The position numbers and the translations under genes were made by a program. A DNA stretch of 64,000 bases, from assembly GCA_964346535.1 (NCBI GenBank), contig CAYFUN010000001.1, forward strand, positions 7,593 through 71,592, given 5' to 3'. How positions within the stretch are numbered: position 1 is the stretch's first letter; every line of letters begins with the position of its first letter. The stretch comes from an uncultured Peptoniphilaceae bacterium (GTDB taxonomy: Bacteria; Bacillota; Clostridia; Tissierellales; Peptoniphilaceae). Shown in pieces: positions 37,250 to 46,957 of this stretch. The notes below the pieces were generated by a model. It saw only the letters and a program-made list of their open reading frames with translations. It had not been told where the DNA came from and made no database searches.

Positions 37250-39619
37250 ATGACAAACAAAGAAAACTTTATAAGTACTTTTAAACTTGCCTTAAGATTA
37301 AAATTTGGCAAAAATTTAGAAGAGGCTAGTGATTTAGAAAAATATACAGCTCTTTCTGAAACGATAATGGAATTAATTGCAGACAAGTGGAAGGAAACTG
37401 GCGAAGCTTATAGGGACAAAAGGCAAGCATATTATTTTTCTGCCGAATTTTTAGTTGGCAGGTCCTTATATAACAACTTAGTCAACTTACTTTTAGAAGA
37501 AGATGTAAGAGAAATTTTAGAATCTTTAAATATGGACTTAGATGAAATCGCAGACCAAGAAGAAGATGCAGCTTTAGGTAACGGTGGCTTGGGAAGATTA
37601 GCAGCTTGTTTTATGGAATCAGCTGCAACTTTAAACTTGCCTCTAACAGGTTATGGGGTTAGATATAGGGAAGGACTTTTAAAACAATCTATAGTTAATG
37701 GCTTCCAAGTTGAGTCTGGAGACTCTTGGACTAAAAATGGCGACCCTTGGTCTATTAGAAAGTTCTCAGATTCTCAAATTGTTGAATTTAAAGACATGAA
37801 AGTAAGGGCCGTTCCTTATGACATGCCAATAATTGGCTATGAAGGAAAGAGCATTAATACCCTAAGACTTTGGCAGTCTGAAGCACTTTTAGACTTTGAC
37901 TTTTCAAAATTTAATGACTTTAAATATGACGAAGCCTTAGTGGGAAAAAATAGGGCAGAAGATATAACTAGAGTTCTATATCCAAACGATGACCAAAGGT
38001 CAGGAAAAGTTTTAAGACTTAGACAACAATACTTTTTCTGCTCAGCTTCTATAAAGGATATAATAAAGAAACATTTAGAAAAATATGAAAATTTAGATAA
38101 CATTGACGACTTAGTTAGAATCCAATTAAATGACACCCATCCAGTAATTGGAATTTCTGAGTTTGTTAGAATTTTAGTTGACGACTATGCTTATGATTTT
38201 TTACAAGCCCTTGAAAAAGCTCAAAGAATTTTTTCTTATACCAACCACACAATTTTACAAGAGGCTATGGAAAAATGGGAAGAGTCAATAGTAGAAGACA
38301 CTAATCCTAGAAACTTAGAAATAATAAAGGAAATTGATGAAGTTCTTCTAGGTAAATTAAAGGACAAAAATGCTACCGAAGAAGAAATTCAAATAATGCA
38401 AATTTGTAAAGACGACCATATTAATATGGCTAATTTGGGAATATTTTTATCTCACACAGTTAATGGAGTTGCCCAGCTTCATACTGATATTTTAAAAGCA
38501 GATGTTTTAAAAGAATGGTACAAGTACTATCCAGAAAAGTTTCAAAATAAAACCAATGGAATAACACCTAGAAGATGGTTATTAATGTCAAACCCTGAAC
38601 TATCAGCACTAATTACAAGACTTCTAGGGTCCAAAGATTGGGTTAGAGATCTTTCTCAACTTAAAAAATTAGAAGAATTTGTAGAAGATGATAAAGTTTT
38701 AGATGAACTAATGGAAATTAAATTCCAAAAGAAAAAACAACTTGCTGACTATATATATAAGCATGAAGGGGTTAAAGTTGATCCTACATCAATTTTTGAT
38801 ATTCAAATAAAAAGAATTCATGAATATAAAAGACAACTAATGAATATTTTCCAAGTTATTTATCTTTATCAAAGACTTAAAGAAAATCCTAACTTAGACA
38901 TACTACCTAGAACCTTTATCTTTGGTGGAAAATCAGCTCCAGGTTATTTTAGAGCCAAGGCAATAATTAAACTAATAAATGAAGTTGCTAGAGTTGTAAA
39001 CAATGATTTAGAAATCAAAGGAAAGATTAAAGTTATCTTTGTAGAAAATTATAGGGTAAGTTACGGAGAAAAACTTTTCCCAGCTGCCGATATTTCTGAA
39101 CAAATTTCTACAGCAGGAAAAGAAGCATCAGGTACAGGAAATATGAAGTTTATGCTAAATGCTACTCCAACAATTGGAACCTATGACGGAGCTAATATAG
39201 AAATTGTTGAAGAAGCAGGCTTTGAAAACAACTTTATCTTTGGAGCTAGAGTTGAAGAACTTAGAGAAATAGAATCATCATATCAGCCTATGGAAATTTA
39301 TTTAAATGACTACCAAATAAAACAAGTAGTAGATACACTTTCAGATGGAACATTTGTTGATAATGATAGCTATATGTTCTTAGATATTTATAATGGACTT
39401 TTTAAAGAAGATTGGTCTAGACCTGATTCATATTTTATATTAAAAGACTTAAGATCCTATATTGAAGCTCAAAAAGAAGTTGACAAGGCCTATAGAGACC
39501 AAAGATCCTGGGCTCAAAAATGTCTAATGAATCTAGCCAACGCAGGCAAGTTCTCTTCTGACAGAACTATAAAAGATTATGCAGATAATATTTGGAACAT
39601 AGAGCCAAGCTTGCTTTAA
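37250..39619 (+). CDS. glgP: Glycogen/maltodextrin phosphorylase
   Basis: LGNGGLGRLAACF and the PLP-lysine motif EASGTGNMKFMLN. Confidence 0.95.
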   Translation: MTNKENFISTFKLALRLKFGKNLEEASDLEKYTALSETIMELIADKWKETGEAYRDKRQAYYFSAEFLVGRSLYNNLVNLLLEEDVREILESLNMDLDEIADQEEDAALGNGGLGRLAACFMESAATLNLPLTGYGVRYREGLLKQSIVNGFQVESGDSWTKNGDPWSIRKFSDSQIVEFKDMKVRAVPYDMPIIGYEGKSINTLRLWQSEALLDFDFSKFNDFKYDEALVGKNRAEDITRVLYPNDDQRSGKVLRLRQQYFFCSASIKDIIKKHLEKYENLDNIDDLVRIQLNDTHPVIGISEFVRILVDDYAYDFLQALEKAQRIFSYTNHTILQEAMEKWEESIVEDTNPRNLEIIKEIDEVLLGKLKDKNATEEEIQIMQICKDDHINMANLGIFLSHTVNGVAQLHTDILKADVLKEWYKYYPEKFQNKTNGITPRRWLLMSNPELSALITRLLGSKDWVRDLSQLKKLEEFVEDDKVLDELMEIKFQKKKQLADYIYKHEGVKVDPTSIFDIQIKRIHEYKRQLMNIFQVIYLYQRLKENPNLDILPRTFIFGGKSAPGYFRAKAIIKLINEVARVVNNDLEIKGKIKVIFVENYRVSYGEKLFPAADISEQISTAGKEASGTGNMKFMLNATPTIGTYDGANIEIVEEAGFENNFIFGARVEELREIESSYQPMEIYLNDYQIKQVVDTLSDGTFVDNDSYMFLDIYNGLFKEDWSRPDSYFILKDLRSYIEAQKEVDKAYRDQRSWAQKCLMNLANAGKFSSDRTIKDYADNIWNIEPSLL

Positions 39620-39625
39620 AAAAAG

Positions 39626-39660
39626 GAAAAAAGCCACTTATAGACAAGAGTGGTTTTTTT
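39626..39660 (+). terminator. Rho-independent terminator after glgP
   Basis: AAGCCACT-(10 nt)-AGTGGTTT stem followed by a T-run. Confidence 0.8.
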
Positions 39661-39669
39661 CTTTATAAT
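39641..39669 (+). promoter_or_regulatory. Sigma-A promoter for trpS-valS, partly embedded in the glgP terminator
   Basis: TAGACA, 17 nt spacer, TATAAT. The start codon is about 60 nt downstream. Confidence 0.6.
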
Positions 39670-39730
39670 AGTAAGAAGTAATTAGAAATGTTTTTATAAA
39701 AGAACCTTAATTATAAAGGAGAGATTATTT

Positions 39731-40720
39731 TTGAAAGAAAGAGTATTTAGTGGCATCCAACCTTCAGGAAATTTGACTATAGGAAATTATTTGGGAGCCT
39801 TAAAAAACTTTTCTGTCCAACAAGATTTATATGATTGTATATATTGTGTAGTTGATATGCACGCTCTTACAGCTGGAACTAAAGCCGATGACTTAAACAA
39901 ATATTCTTATGAGATTCTATCCCTGTATTTAGCAGCAGACTTAGACCCTGAAAAATCTATTATTTATTTTCAGTCTCATGTCCCAGCTCACACAGAGCTT
40001 CAGTGGATTTTAAACTCTATAACTCCACTTGGCCAATTATCTAGAATGACCCAATACAAGGCCAAGGCAGAAAAGCATGCAGATAATATTTGTGCAGGTC
40101 TATTAAACTATCCAATTTTAATGGCAGCAGATATAATGCTTTTTGATGCCAAATATGTTCCAGTAGGCGACGACCAGAGACAACACTTAGAATTTACTAG
40201 AGACCTAGTTGAAAAGTTTAATTCTATTTATGGAGAAACTTTTGTTATGCCAGAAATGTTAGCAACAAAAACTGGAACTAGAATTATGAGCTTGCAAAAT
40301 CCAGCTGCTAAAATGAGCAAATCAGATGAAGATGTAAATGGAGCAATTTATATTTTAGACTCTGAAAAAGATATTAAGAAAAAAATAATGAGAGCAGTAA
40401 CTGATTCTGTTGGCGTTATTGCCTATAACAAAAACCAAGCAGGCCTAAAAAATCTTATAGATATTTACTCTTCATTTACTGACCTAAGTCCAGATGAAAT
40501 TGTAAAAAAATTTGACAACCAAGGCTATGGAACCTTTAAAAAAGAATTAGTCGAAGTTGTAGTAGATGGCCTAAGACCAATTCAAAATAGATACAATGAA
40601 TATATGGCAAACAAAGACCAGTTAGAAGAAATTTATAGGTCTGGCGCAAAGAAAGCTAGGAAATTAGCCAATGCAAAAATCAAAGAAGTTTGTGATAAAA
40701 TAGGACTTATTGAATTATAA
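39731..40720 (+). CDS. trpS: Tryptophan--tRNA ligase
   Basis: FSGIQPSGNLTIGNYLG (HIGH-like region) and KMSKS (AAKMSKSDE). TTG start after AAAGGAGA. Confidence 0.95.
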   Translation: MKERVFSGIQPSGNLTIGNYLGALKNFSVQQDLYDCIYCVVDMHALTAGTKADDLNKYSYEILSLYLAADLDPEKSIIYFQSHVPAHTELQWILNSITPLGQLSRMTQYKAKAEKHADNICAGLLNYPILMAADIMLFDAKYVPVGDDQRQHLEFTRDLVEKFNSIYGETFVMPEMLATKTGTRIMSLQNPAAKMSKSDEDVNGAIYILDSEKDIKKKIMRAVTDSVGVIAYNKNQAGLKNLIDIYSSFTDLSPDEIVKKFDNQGYGTFKKELVEVVVDGLRPIQNRYNEYMANKDQLEEIYRSGAKKARKLANAKIKEVCDKIGLIEL

Positions 40721-40730
40721 AGGGGGACCA

Positions 40731-43364
40731 ATGAAAGAATTAGCAAAAACCTATAATCCTAAGGATTTTGAAAATAGGTTATATGACTTTTGGATGGAAA
40801 ATAAATACTTCCATGCAGAAGTTGACGAAAATAAAAAGCCATTTACAATAACAATGCCACCACCAAATGTTACTGGAAACTTACATCTGGGCCATGCCAT
40901 GTATGTCTTACAAGATATATTAATTAGATGGAAGAGAATGGATGGTTATTCAGCCCTTTGGGTTCCAGGAACAGACCATGCTAGTATTTCCACTGAAGCT
41001 AGAGTTGTAAATAAAATTCGTAGCCAAGGAAAAACCAAAGAAGAACTAGGTAGAGAAAAGTTCTTAGAAGAAGCCTGGGATTGGACAGAAAAATATGGCG
41101 GCAATATTAAAAATCAACTTATGAAAATGGGCTTTTCTTGTGACTGGGATAGGGAGAGATTTACCTTAGACCACGATCTTTCAGATGCAGTCCTTGATGT
41201 TTTTGTTAAGCTGTATGAAAAAGGCTACATCTACAGAGGCGATAGAATTATAAACTGGTGCCCAGATTGTAAAACTTCAATTTCTGATGCAGAAGTAGAC
41301 CACGAAGAAACTCAAAGCAAGATTTGGTACTTTAAATATCCATTAGTTGATGGAGATGGTTTTGTTACAGTTGCAACAACTAGACCTGAAACTATTTTAG
41401 GAGACTTGGCAGTAGCAGTTAATCCAGAAGACGATAGATATACAGATATAGTTGGAAAGAAAGTTTTGCTGCCACTAATGAATAGGGAAATACCAATAAT
41501 TGCTGACGACTATGTTGAAATGGATTTTGGTACAGGTGTAGTTAAGATCACTCCTTCCCACGACCCTAATGATTTTGAGGTAGGAGCCAGACATAATTTA
41601 GGTCAACTAATTATTTTAGATGAAAATGCAAAAATCAACGAAAACGGTGGCGCTTATTGTGGCCTAGATAGATATGAAGCTAGAAAGAAAATCATTGAAG
41701 ACTTTAAAGACCTAGGTTTATTTGTTAAAGAAGAAGTTAGAGAAAATTCTGTAGGCCATTGTGAAAGATGTAATACTGTAGTAGAACCAATAATTTCTAA
41801 GCAATGGTTTGTTAAAATGAAAGAAATGGCAGAGGCTACTTTAAAAGAATTTAAAGAAAACAATTCGCCAGAATTTGTGCCATCAAGATTTTCAAAAATC
41901 TATGAACAGTGGCTAGAAAACATTAGAGACTGGAATATTTCCAGACAACTTTGGTGGGGCCACAGACTTCCTGTTTATTATATTAATGGAACAGATGAAT
42001 ATGTTGTTTCAAAAACTAAACCAGCAGACACAGATGATATTAAATACATTCAAGATGAAGACACCTTAGACACTTGGTTCTCATCAGCCCTATGGCCTTT
42101 CTCAGTTTTAGGTTGGCCAAATGAAACAGAAGACTTTAAATACTTCTATCCAACAGATGTATTAGTAACAGGCTATGATATTATCTTCTTCTGGGTAATA
42201 AGAATGGTATTTTCAGCTATAGAACATACTGGTCAAGTACCTTTTAAACATGTTTTAATAACAGGTATAGTTAGAGACGAACAAGGCAGAAAGATGTCTA
42301 AGTCTCTTGACAATGGTGTTGATCCACTAGACGTAATTGACCACTATGGAGCAGATGCCTTGAGATTTTTCCTAGTAAACGGCAACAGCCCAGGTAATGA
42401 CTTGAGATATTTTGAATCTAGAGTTGAAGCATCTAGAAACTTTGCCAACAAGTTATGGAATGCATCTAGACTTGTTTTAATGAATGTTGATGATAACTTT
42501 GTCGAAAAGAACGTAGAAGACATAAACTTAAGACCAGAAGACAAGTGGATTCTTCACAAGCTTAACCAAACTATTCTTTCAATTGACAAACAACTTGATA
42601 AGTTTGAAATTGGTCTGTATTCAAATGAAATTTATGAATTTATCTGGTATGAATTCTGCGACTGGTATTTAGAAATGGTTAAGTATCGTCTATATGATGA
42701 AGATGCTGGTGTAAAAAATGATGCAGTAAATGTATTGGTATATACTTTAGATAAGATTTTAAAATTACTTCATCCAATAATGCCATTTATTACTGAAGAA
42801 ATCTACCAACACCTACCAGTAAAAGATGAAGCTTTAATAATTGCATCTTGGCCAAAATACCAAGAAGCATTTGACTTTAAAGAAACCTATGATGAAATTG
42901 AATTTACAAAAGAAATTGTAAAATCTATTAGAAATCTAAGGGCAGAAATGAATCTTCCTAATAAGAAAAAGACTAACATGCTTTACTACACAGAAGATGA
43001 CTTTGAAAAATCTGCTATAGAAAATAACAGCCAACAAATTCTTACTTTAGCAAATTGTCAAACAGTAAAGTTTGAAGACAAGGCAAAGATAAACCCAGAT
43101 GAACATTCAGTCTTACTAGTAGGCAAGGCAGAAGTATTTCTTCCACTAAAAGAATTAATAGATAGAGAAAAGGAAATAGAAAGACTTACTAAAGAAAAAG
43201 AAAAAGCTATTTTTGAAATTGAAAGAGTTAATTCAAAGCTAGCCAACCAAGGTTTTGTAAGCAAGGCTCCAGAAAAATTAATTAATGAAGAGAGAGCAAA
43301 AAAAGAAACTTACGAAACTATGTTAAAGAACATTAATTTACAGCTTGAAAAATTAAATAAATAA
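40731..43364 (+). CDS. valS: Valine--tRNA ligase
   Basis: PPPNVTGNLHLGHA, KMSKSLDN and a C-terminal coiled coil. Start moved to ATG 40731 (AGGGGG SD). The ORF-track TTG at 40710 overlaps trpS. Confidence 0.95.
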   Translation: MKELAKTYNPKDFENRLYDFWMENKYFHAEVDENKKPFTITMPPPNVTGNLHLGHAMYVLQDILIRWKRMDGYSALWVPGTDHASISTEARVVNKIRSQGKTKEELGREKFLEEAWDWTEKYGGNIKNQLMKMGFSCDWDRERFTLDHDLSDAVLDVFVKLYEKGYIYRGDRIINWCPDCKTSISDAEVDHEETQSKIWYFKYPLVDGDGFVTVATTRPETILGDLAVAVNPEDDRYTDIVGKKVLLPLMNREIPIIADDYVEMDFGTGVVKITPSHDPNDFEVGARHNLGQLIILDENAKINENGGAYCGLDRYEARKKIIEDFKDLGLFVKEEVRENSVGHCERCNTVVEPIISKQWFVKMKEMAEATLKEFKENNSPEFVPSRFSKIYEQWLENIRDWNISRQLWWGHRLPVYYINGTDEYVVSKTKPADTDDIKYIQDEDTLDTWFSSALWPFSVLGWPNETEDFKYFYPTDVLVTGYDIIFFWVIRMVFSAIEHTGQVPFKHVLITGIVRDEQGRKMSKSLDNGVDPLDVIDHYGADALRFFLVNGNSPGNDLRYFESRVEASRNFANKLWNASRLVLMNVDDNFVEKNVEDINLRPEDKWILHKLNQTILSIDKQLDKFEIGLYSNEIYEFIWYEFCDWYLEMVKYRLYDEDAGVKNDAVNVLVYTLDKILKLLHPIMPFITEEIYQHLPVKDEALIIASWPKYQEAFDFKETYDEIEFTKEIVKSIRNLRAEMNLPNKKKTNMLYYTEDDFEKSAIENNSQQILTLANCQTVKFEDKAKINPDEHSVLLVGKAEVFLPLKELIDREKEIERLTKEKEKAIFEIERVNSKLANQGFVSKAPEKLINEERAKKETYETMLKNINLQLEKLNK

Positions 43365-43367
43365 AAT

Positions 43368-43419
43368 AAAATCGACTGAGTCTTTTTAAGAAAATCTTAA
43401 AGAGATCAGTCGATTTTTA
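43368..43419. terminator. Bidirectional terminator between valS and the DUF4364 gene
   Basis: ATCGACTGA...TCAGTCGAT long imperfect hairpin, flanked by an A-run and a T-run. Confidence 0.75.
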
Positions 43420-43425
43420 TTTATC

Positions 43426-43938
43426 TTAGTTGTCTAATATGACTTTTAAAAGTTCGTGATAGAAAGATTTATTTTTATTAAGCCAGTTTTCTTTTAGCCT
43501 TTCAAAATCTTTGTCATTATCTAAAGTAAAGGTCATAGAAAAGTTTTCGTCTAAGGATCCTTTTATTGCAAGTTTTACAATAGTCTTATCTTTATTAAGT
43601 GGAATTAGTTCAAACTCTGGATTTTCAATATCCATAGCTTGAGGGGAGAAGATATTGTCTACCTTTTCCTTTAAAATAATATCTATGTTGTCTTCTAAAA
43701 GCTCTAAAATTTGAATTGAGAAGTCAGAAAGAATTAAAATTCTTCCATCATATGAATTAAAAAACTTTGAATTTTTCAGTTCATTAAAATATTCTACAAA
43801 GGTAAAGTAGTCCATTAATTCATTTTCAAGGATTAAACTGGACAGTTGCTCAAAGCTCAGCTTGCATTTAGATTTTTTTATTATATAGAGAATAAGCAGT
43901 TTGTCATTGGCTACTTTTAAATTTAAATTATTATCCAT
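43426..43938 (-). CDS. DUF4364-family protein (winged-helix-like N-terminus)
   Basis: NDKLLILYIIKKSK..LSFEQLSSLILENELMDYFTFVEYFNEL resembles DUF4364 N-termini. Start moved to the second ATG, 4 nt after GGAGGT on the - strand. Confidence 0.6.
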   Translation of the reverse strand: MDNNLNLKVANDKLLILYIIKKSKCKLSFEQLSSLILENELMDYFTFVEYFNELKNSKFFNSYDGRILILSDFSIQILELLEDNIDIILKEKVDNIFSPQAMDIENPEFELIPLNKDKTIVKLAIKGSLDENFSMTFTLDNDKDFERLKENWLNKNKSFYHELLKVILDN

Positions 43939-43949
43939 AGTTACCTCCA

Positions 43950-43978
43950 TTGCAATTATAACACAAATAACTGATAAT
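43950..43978 (+). promoter_or_regulatory. Candidate promoter for the methyltransferase-hslO unit
   Basis: TTGCAA, 17 nt spacer, GATAAT. Confidence 0.45.
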
Positions 43979-43995
43979 ATAAGAAGGTGATGACA

Positions 43996-44739
43996 ATGAA
44001 TTATTTAAAATTTGCAAAAATTTATGACAAGTTAATATATGATGTGGACTATGATAAAATAGTTAATTTTATAAATTCAGAAAAAGAGAAATATAATATT
44101 CAAGGGACCAGCCTTTTAGAATTAGGCTGTGGAACTGGAAATATTACCAGCAAATTAAATGGGTATAATATCATAGCCATGGACAATTCTGATGAAATGC
44201 TTTCCTTGGCTAGGGAAAAAATATTTGGAAGGAGAAATATTAGATTTCTTCAAGCTGATATTAGAGATTTTTCTTTAAACAAAGACTTTAATATGGCAAT
44301 AGCCGTCTTAGATGTATTTAATTATATTACCGACTATAAAGACCTATTAAAGGTTTTTGCTTTGGTGTATAAACATTTAAAAAGTGACGGACTTTTTATT
44401 TTTGACATTAACTCGGCCTATAAAATTAGCGAATTTATTGGCAACAATGTTTTTTCAGATGAAGTTGATGACGCCCTATATGTCTGGCAAGGATCCTTTG
44501 ACGAAGAAACAAGGATCAATGAGTATTTGCTGACATTTTTTCAAAAAGTCTCAGGCAATACCTATGAAAGATTTGATGAAGCTCATAGGGAAAGGGCCTA
44601 TAGTATGGAAGAGATTTATAAGGGCTTAGACCAGGTAGGATTTTCTCAAATTGCGGTCTATGACTCTTATGCTTATAAAGAAGTGACCGATAAAACATTA
44701 AGATTAACATTTGTAGCAAGAAAGGATAAAGATGAATAG
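43996..44739 (+). CDS. Class I SAM-dependent methyltransferase
   Basis: SAM motif LLELGCGTGNIT and post-I acidic residue (AMDNSDEM). The start is uncertain among 43987, 43990 and 43996. Confidence 0.8.
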   Translation: MNYLKFAKIYDKLIYDVDYDKIVNFINSEKEKYNIQGTSLLELGCGTGNITSKLNGYNIIAMDNSDEMLSLAREKIFGRRNIRFLQADIRDFSLNKDFNMAIAVLDVFNYITDYKDLLKVFALVYKHLKSDGLFIFDINSAYKISEFIGNNVFSDEVDDALYVWQGSFDEETRINEYLLTFFQKVSGNTYERFDEAHRERAYSMEEIYKGLDQVGFSQIAVYDSYAYKEVTDKTLRLTFVARKDKDE

Positions 44740-45616
44740 AGATTATTTAATTAGAGGAATTGAAAAAGAAGGAAAGTTTAAATTTGTAGCAGTTAATACT
44801 ACTGGCATAGTAAATATTGCCAGAGACAAGCACCAAACATCAAAAACTGCTTCAGCAGCTTTAGGAAGGACAATTTCTGCAGCAGCATTAATGTCAACTA
44901 TGTTAAAGAATAAAAATGACTCTCTGACTTTAATAATTGCAGGAAATGGAATAGCAGGAAATATTTTAGTTTCTGCAAACAATAAAGGTGAGATAAAGGG
45001 CTATATAGAAAACCCAGCAGCAGACCTGCCCTTAAACGATTTAGGCAAGTTAGATGTAGCTGGTATAGTTGGCAGGTCAGGCTATGTTAAGACTATAATG
45101 GACCTAGGCATGAAAGAAGCCTATGTCGGCCAGTCAGAAATTATTTCAGGGGAAATTGCAGAAGACATTGCCTATTATTTTTTACAATCTGAACAAACAA
45201 ACACTGCTGTTGCCCTAGGAGTTTTAGTGGACAAGGACCTTTCTATAAAACATTCTGGCGGCTACATGATTCAACTTTTACCAGGTTGCACAGAAGAAGA
45301 TATAAGTAAATTAGAAAAATCAATTGGCAACAAAAAGTCTATGACAGAGCTTATGGACGAAAAAGAATCCCTAGAAGATATTATTGCTTATATACTAGAA
45401 GACTTTGAAATTGAAATCTTAGAAGAAAAAGACTTAGAGTGGAAGTGCCTATGCTCTAGAGAAAGAACAATCCAAACCTTAAAGGCCTTAGGCAAAGACC
45501 AATTAAGTGAAATTATAGATGAAGATGGTCAGGCAGAAGTTGTTTGTCATTTTTGCAATGAAAAATATAATTTTGACAAAGACCAGCTTGTTGAAATATT
45601 AAATGAGCTTTCTTAA
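44732..45616 (+). CDS. hslO: Redox-regulated chaperone Hsp33
   Basis: C-terminal zinc centre CLCSRER...CHFCNEKY. Confidence 0.92.
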   Translation: MNRDYLIRGIEKEGKFKFVAVNTTGIVNIARDKHQTSKTASAALGRTISAAALMSTMLKNKNDSLTLIIAGNGIAGNILVSANNKGEIKGYIENPAADLPLNDLGKLDVAGIVGRSGYVKTIMDLGMKEAYVGQSEIISGEIAEDIAYYFLQSEQTNTAVALGVLVDKDLSIKHSGGYMIQLLPGCTEEDISKLEKSIGNKKSMTELMDEKESLEDIIAYILEDFEIEILEEKDLEWKCLCSRERTIQTLKALGKDQLSEIIDEDGQAEVVCHFCNEKYNFDKDQLVEILNELS

Positions 45617-45696
45617 AAACTGAGACTTTAACATTAAAAACTTTGGATTTAATTTTTTATTAGTTATATATAGTATAATGTAACTAAGGAGGCCTT

Positions 45697-46932
45697 ATGA
45701 AGATTTTAATAACTACAGACCTATACAAACCTTCTATTAATGGAGTGGTGACCTCAGTTTTAAATTTATCTGAAGAATTGATTAAAATGGGTCACGATGT
45801 AAAAATCATGACCCTATCTAGAACTATTCACTCTCACAAAAGTGACAATGTCTATTATATAAAAAGTATTCCAGTAAATGTCTATCCAGATATTAGGGCA
45901 ACTGTATTACTTTACGACCAATTAATTAATGAATTAATATCTTGGAAGCCAGATATAATTCACAGCCAGTGTGAGTTTTTTACCTACACCTATGGCAAGT
46001 ATATATCTAAAAAAACAAAGGCGCCAATAGTTCACACCTATCACACCATGTACGAAGACTATATTTCCTACTTGAAAATAAATAAAAAATATAGCAGGCA
46101 AGTAGTTTCTTTTATGTCAAAAAACAGGCTCAAGGACGCAACTGTAATTATTGCACCGACAAACAAAGTGAAAAAAACCTTACTTACCTATGATATTACC
46201 AAGGACATAAAAGTAATTCCAACAGGATTAAATATAGTCTCTTTTGAAATTAACTTTGATGAAAAAGACAAGGAAAAACTTAGAGACAAATATTTTATCC
46301 CAAATGATGCCGACATGCTTTTATATTTAGGTAGAATTGGTGAAGAAAAAAATATTAAAGAGCTCTTAGTTAATTTTAAATCCTTGCAAGCAAAGAGAGA
46401 CAATATATATTTACTTGTTGTTGGCGGCGGCCCCTATGAAAAGTCCCTTGCCCAAGAAATAAAAGACTTATCTTTAGATACTAAGGTTATAATGACAGGC
46501 ATGGTAGAGCCTAAGTTAGTTCCCTTATTTTATAAGGCGGCAGATATTTTTGTCTCTGCATCTCAAAGTGAAACCCAGGGCCTAACTTATATTGAAGCCT
46601 TGGCTAGCGGCCTGCCTTTAGTATGTAGGTATGATGAGTGCTTAGATAAAGTATTAATTGATGGTTACAATGGTTTTTATTATAAAGATGAAGAAACCTT
46701 TATAAATAACATAGAAAAAATATTAGACAGTCCAGCCTTAATGGAAACTATGAAGAAAAATTCTTTAGAGACATCTAAATACTATTCAAAATCTTATTTT
46801 GCAAAATCAGTAGAAAAGGTATATAAACTTGCCCTTAGTATAAGTAAGGCAAGACCAAGGTCTAGAAGAATTATGAGAAGTAATCTTCCAGCGTTTTTAG
46901 ACTTTAATCCTTATATGAAAATAAAAAAATAA
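45697..46932 (+). CDS. Glycosyltransferase family 4 (GT-B, likely glycolipid synthase)
   Basis: N-terminal TDLYKPSINGV and an E-x7-E-like region SQSETQGLTYIEALASGLPLV. Confidence 0.8.
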   Translation: MKILITTDLYKPSINGVVTSVLNLSEELIKMGHDVKIMTLSRTIHSHKSDNVYYIKSIPVNVYPDIRATVLLYDQLINELISWKPDIIHSQCEFFTYTYGKYISKKTKAPIVHTYHTMYEDYISYLKINKKYSRQVVSFMSKNRLKDATVIIAPTNKVKKTLLTYDITKDIKVIPTGLNIVSFEINFDEKDKEKLRDKYFIPNDADMLLYLGRIGEEKNIKELLVNFKSLQAKRDNIYLLVVGGGPYEKSLAQEIKDLSLDTKVIMTGMVEPKLVPLFYKAADIFVSASQSETQGLTYIEALASGLPLVCRYDECLDKVLIDGYNGFYYKDEETFINNIEKILDSPALMETMKKNSLETSKYYSKSYFAKSVEKVYKLALSISKARPRSRRIMRSNLPAFLDFNPYMKIKK

Positions 46933-46957
46933 AAAAACTTAATGGAGGTAAAGACGA

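Noticed and set aside
39620-39730. Expected T-box riboswitch upstream of trpS (and of valS at 40721..40730).
   Set aside because: The spacer is only 111 nt and is occupied by a terminator and a promoter. No specifier-loop/T-box 14-mer-like sequence is visible. The valS gap is 10 nt.
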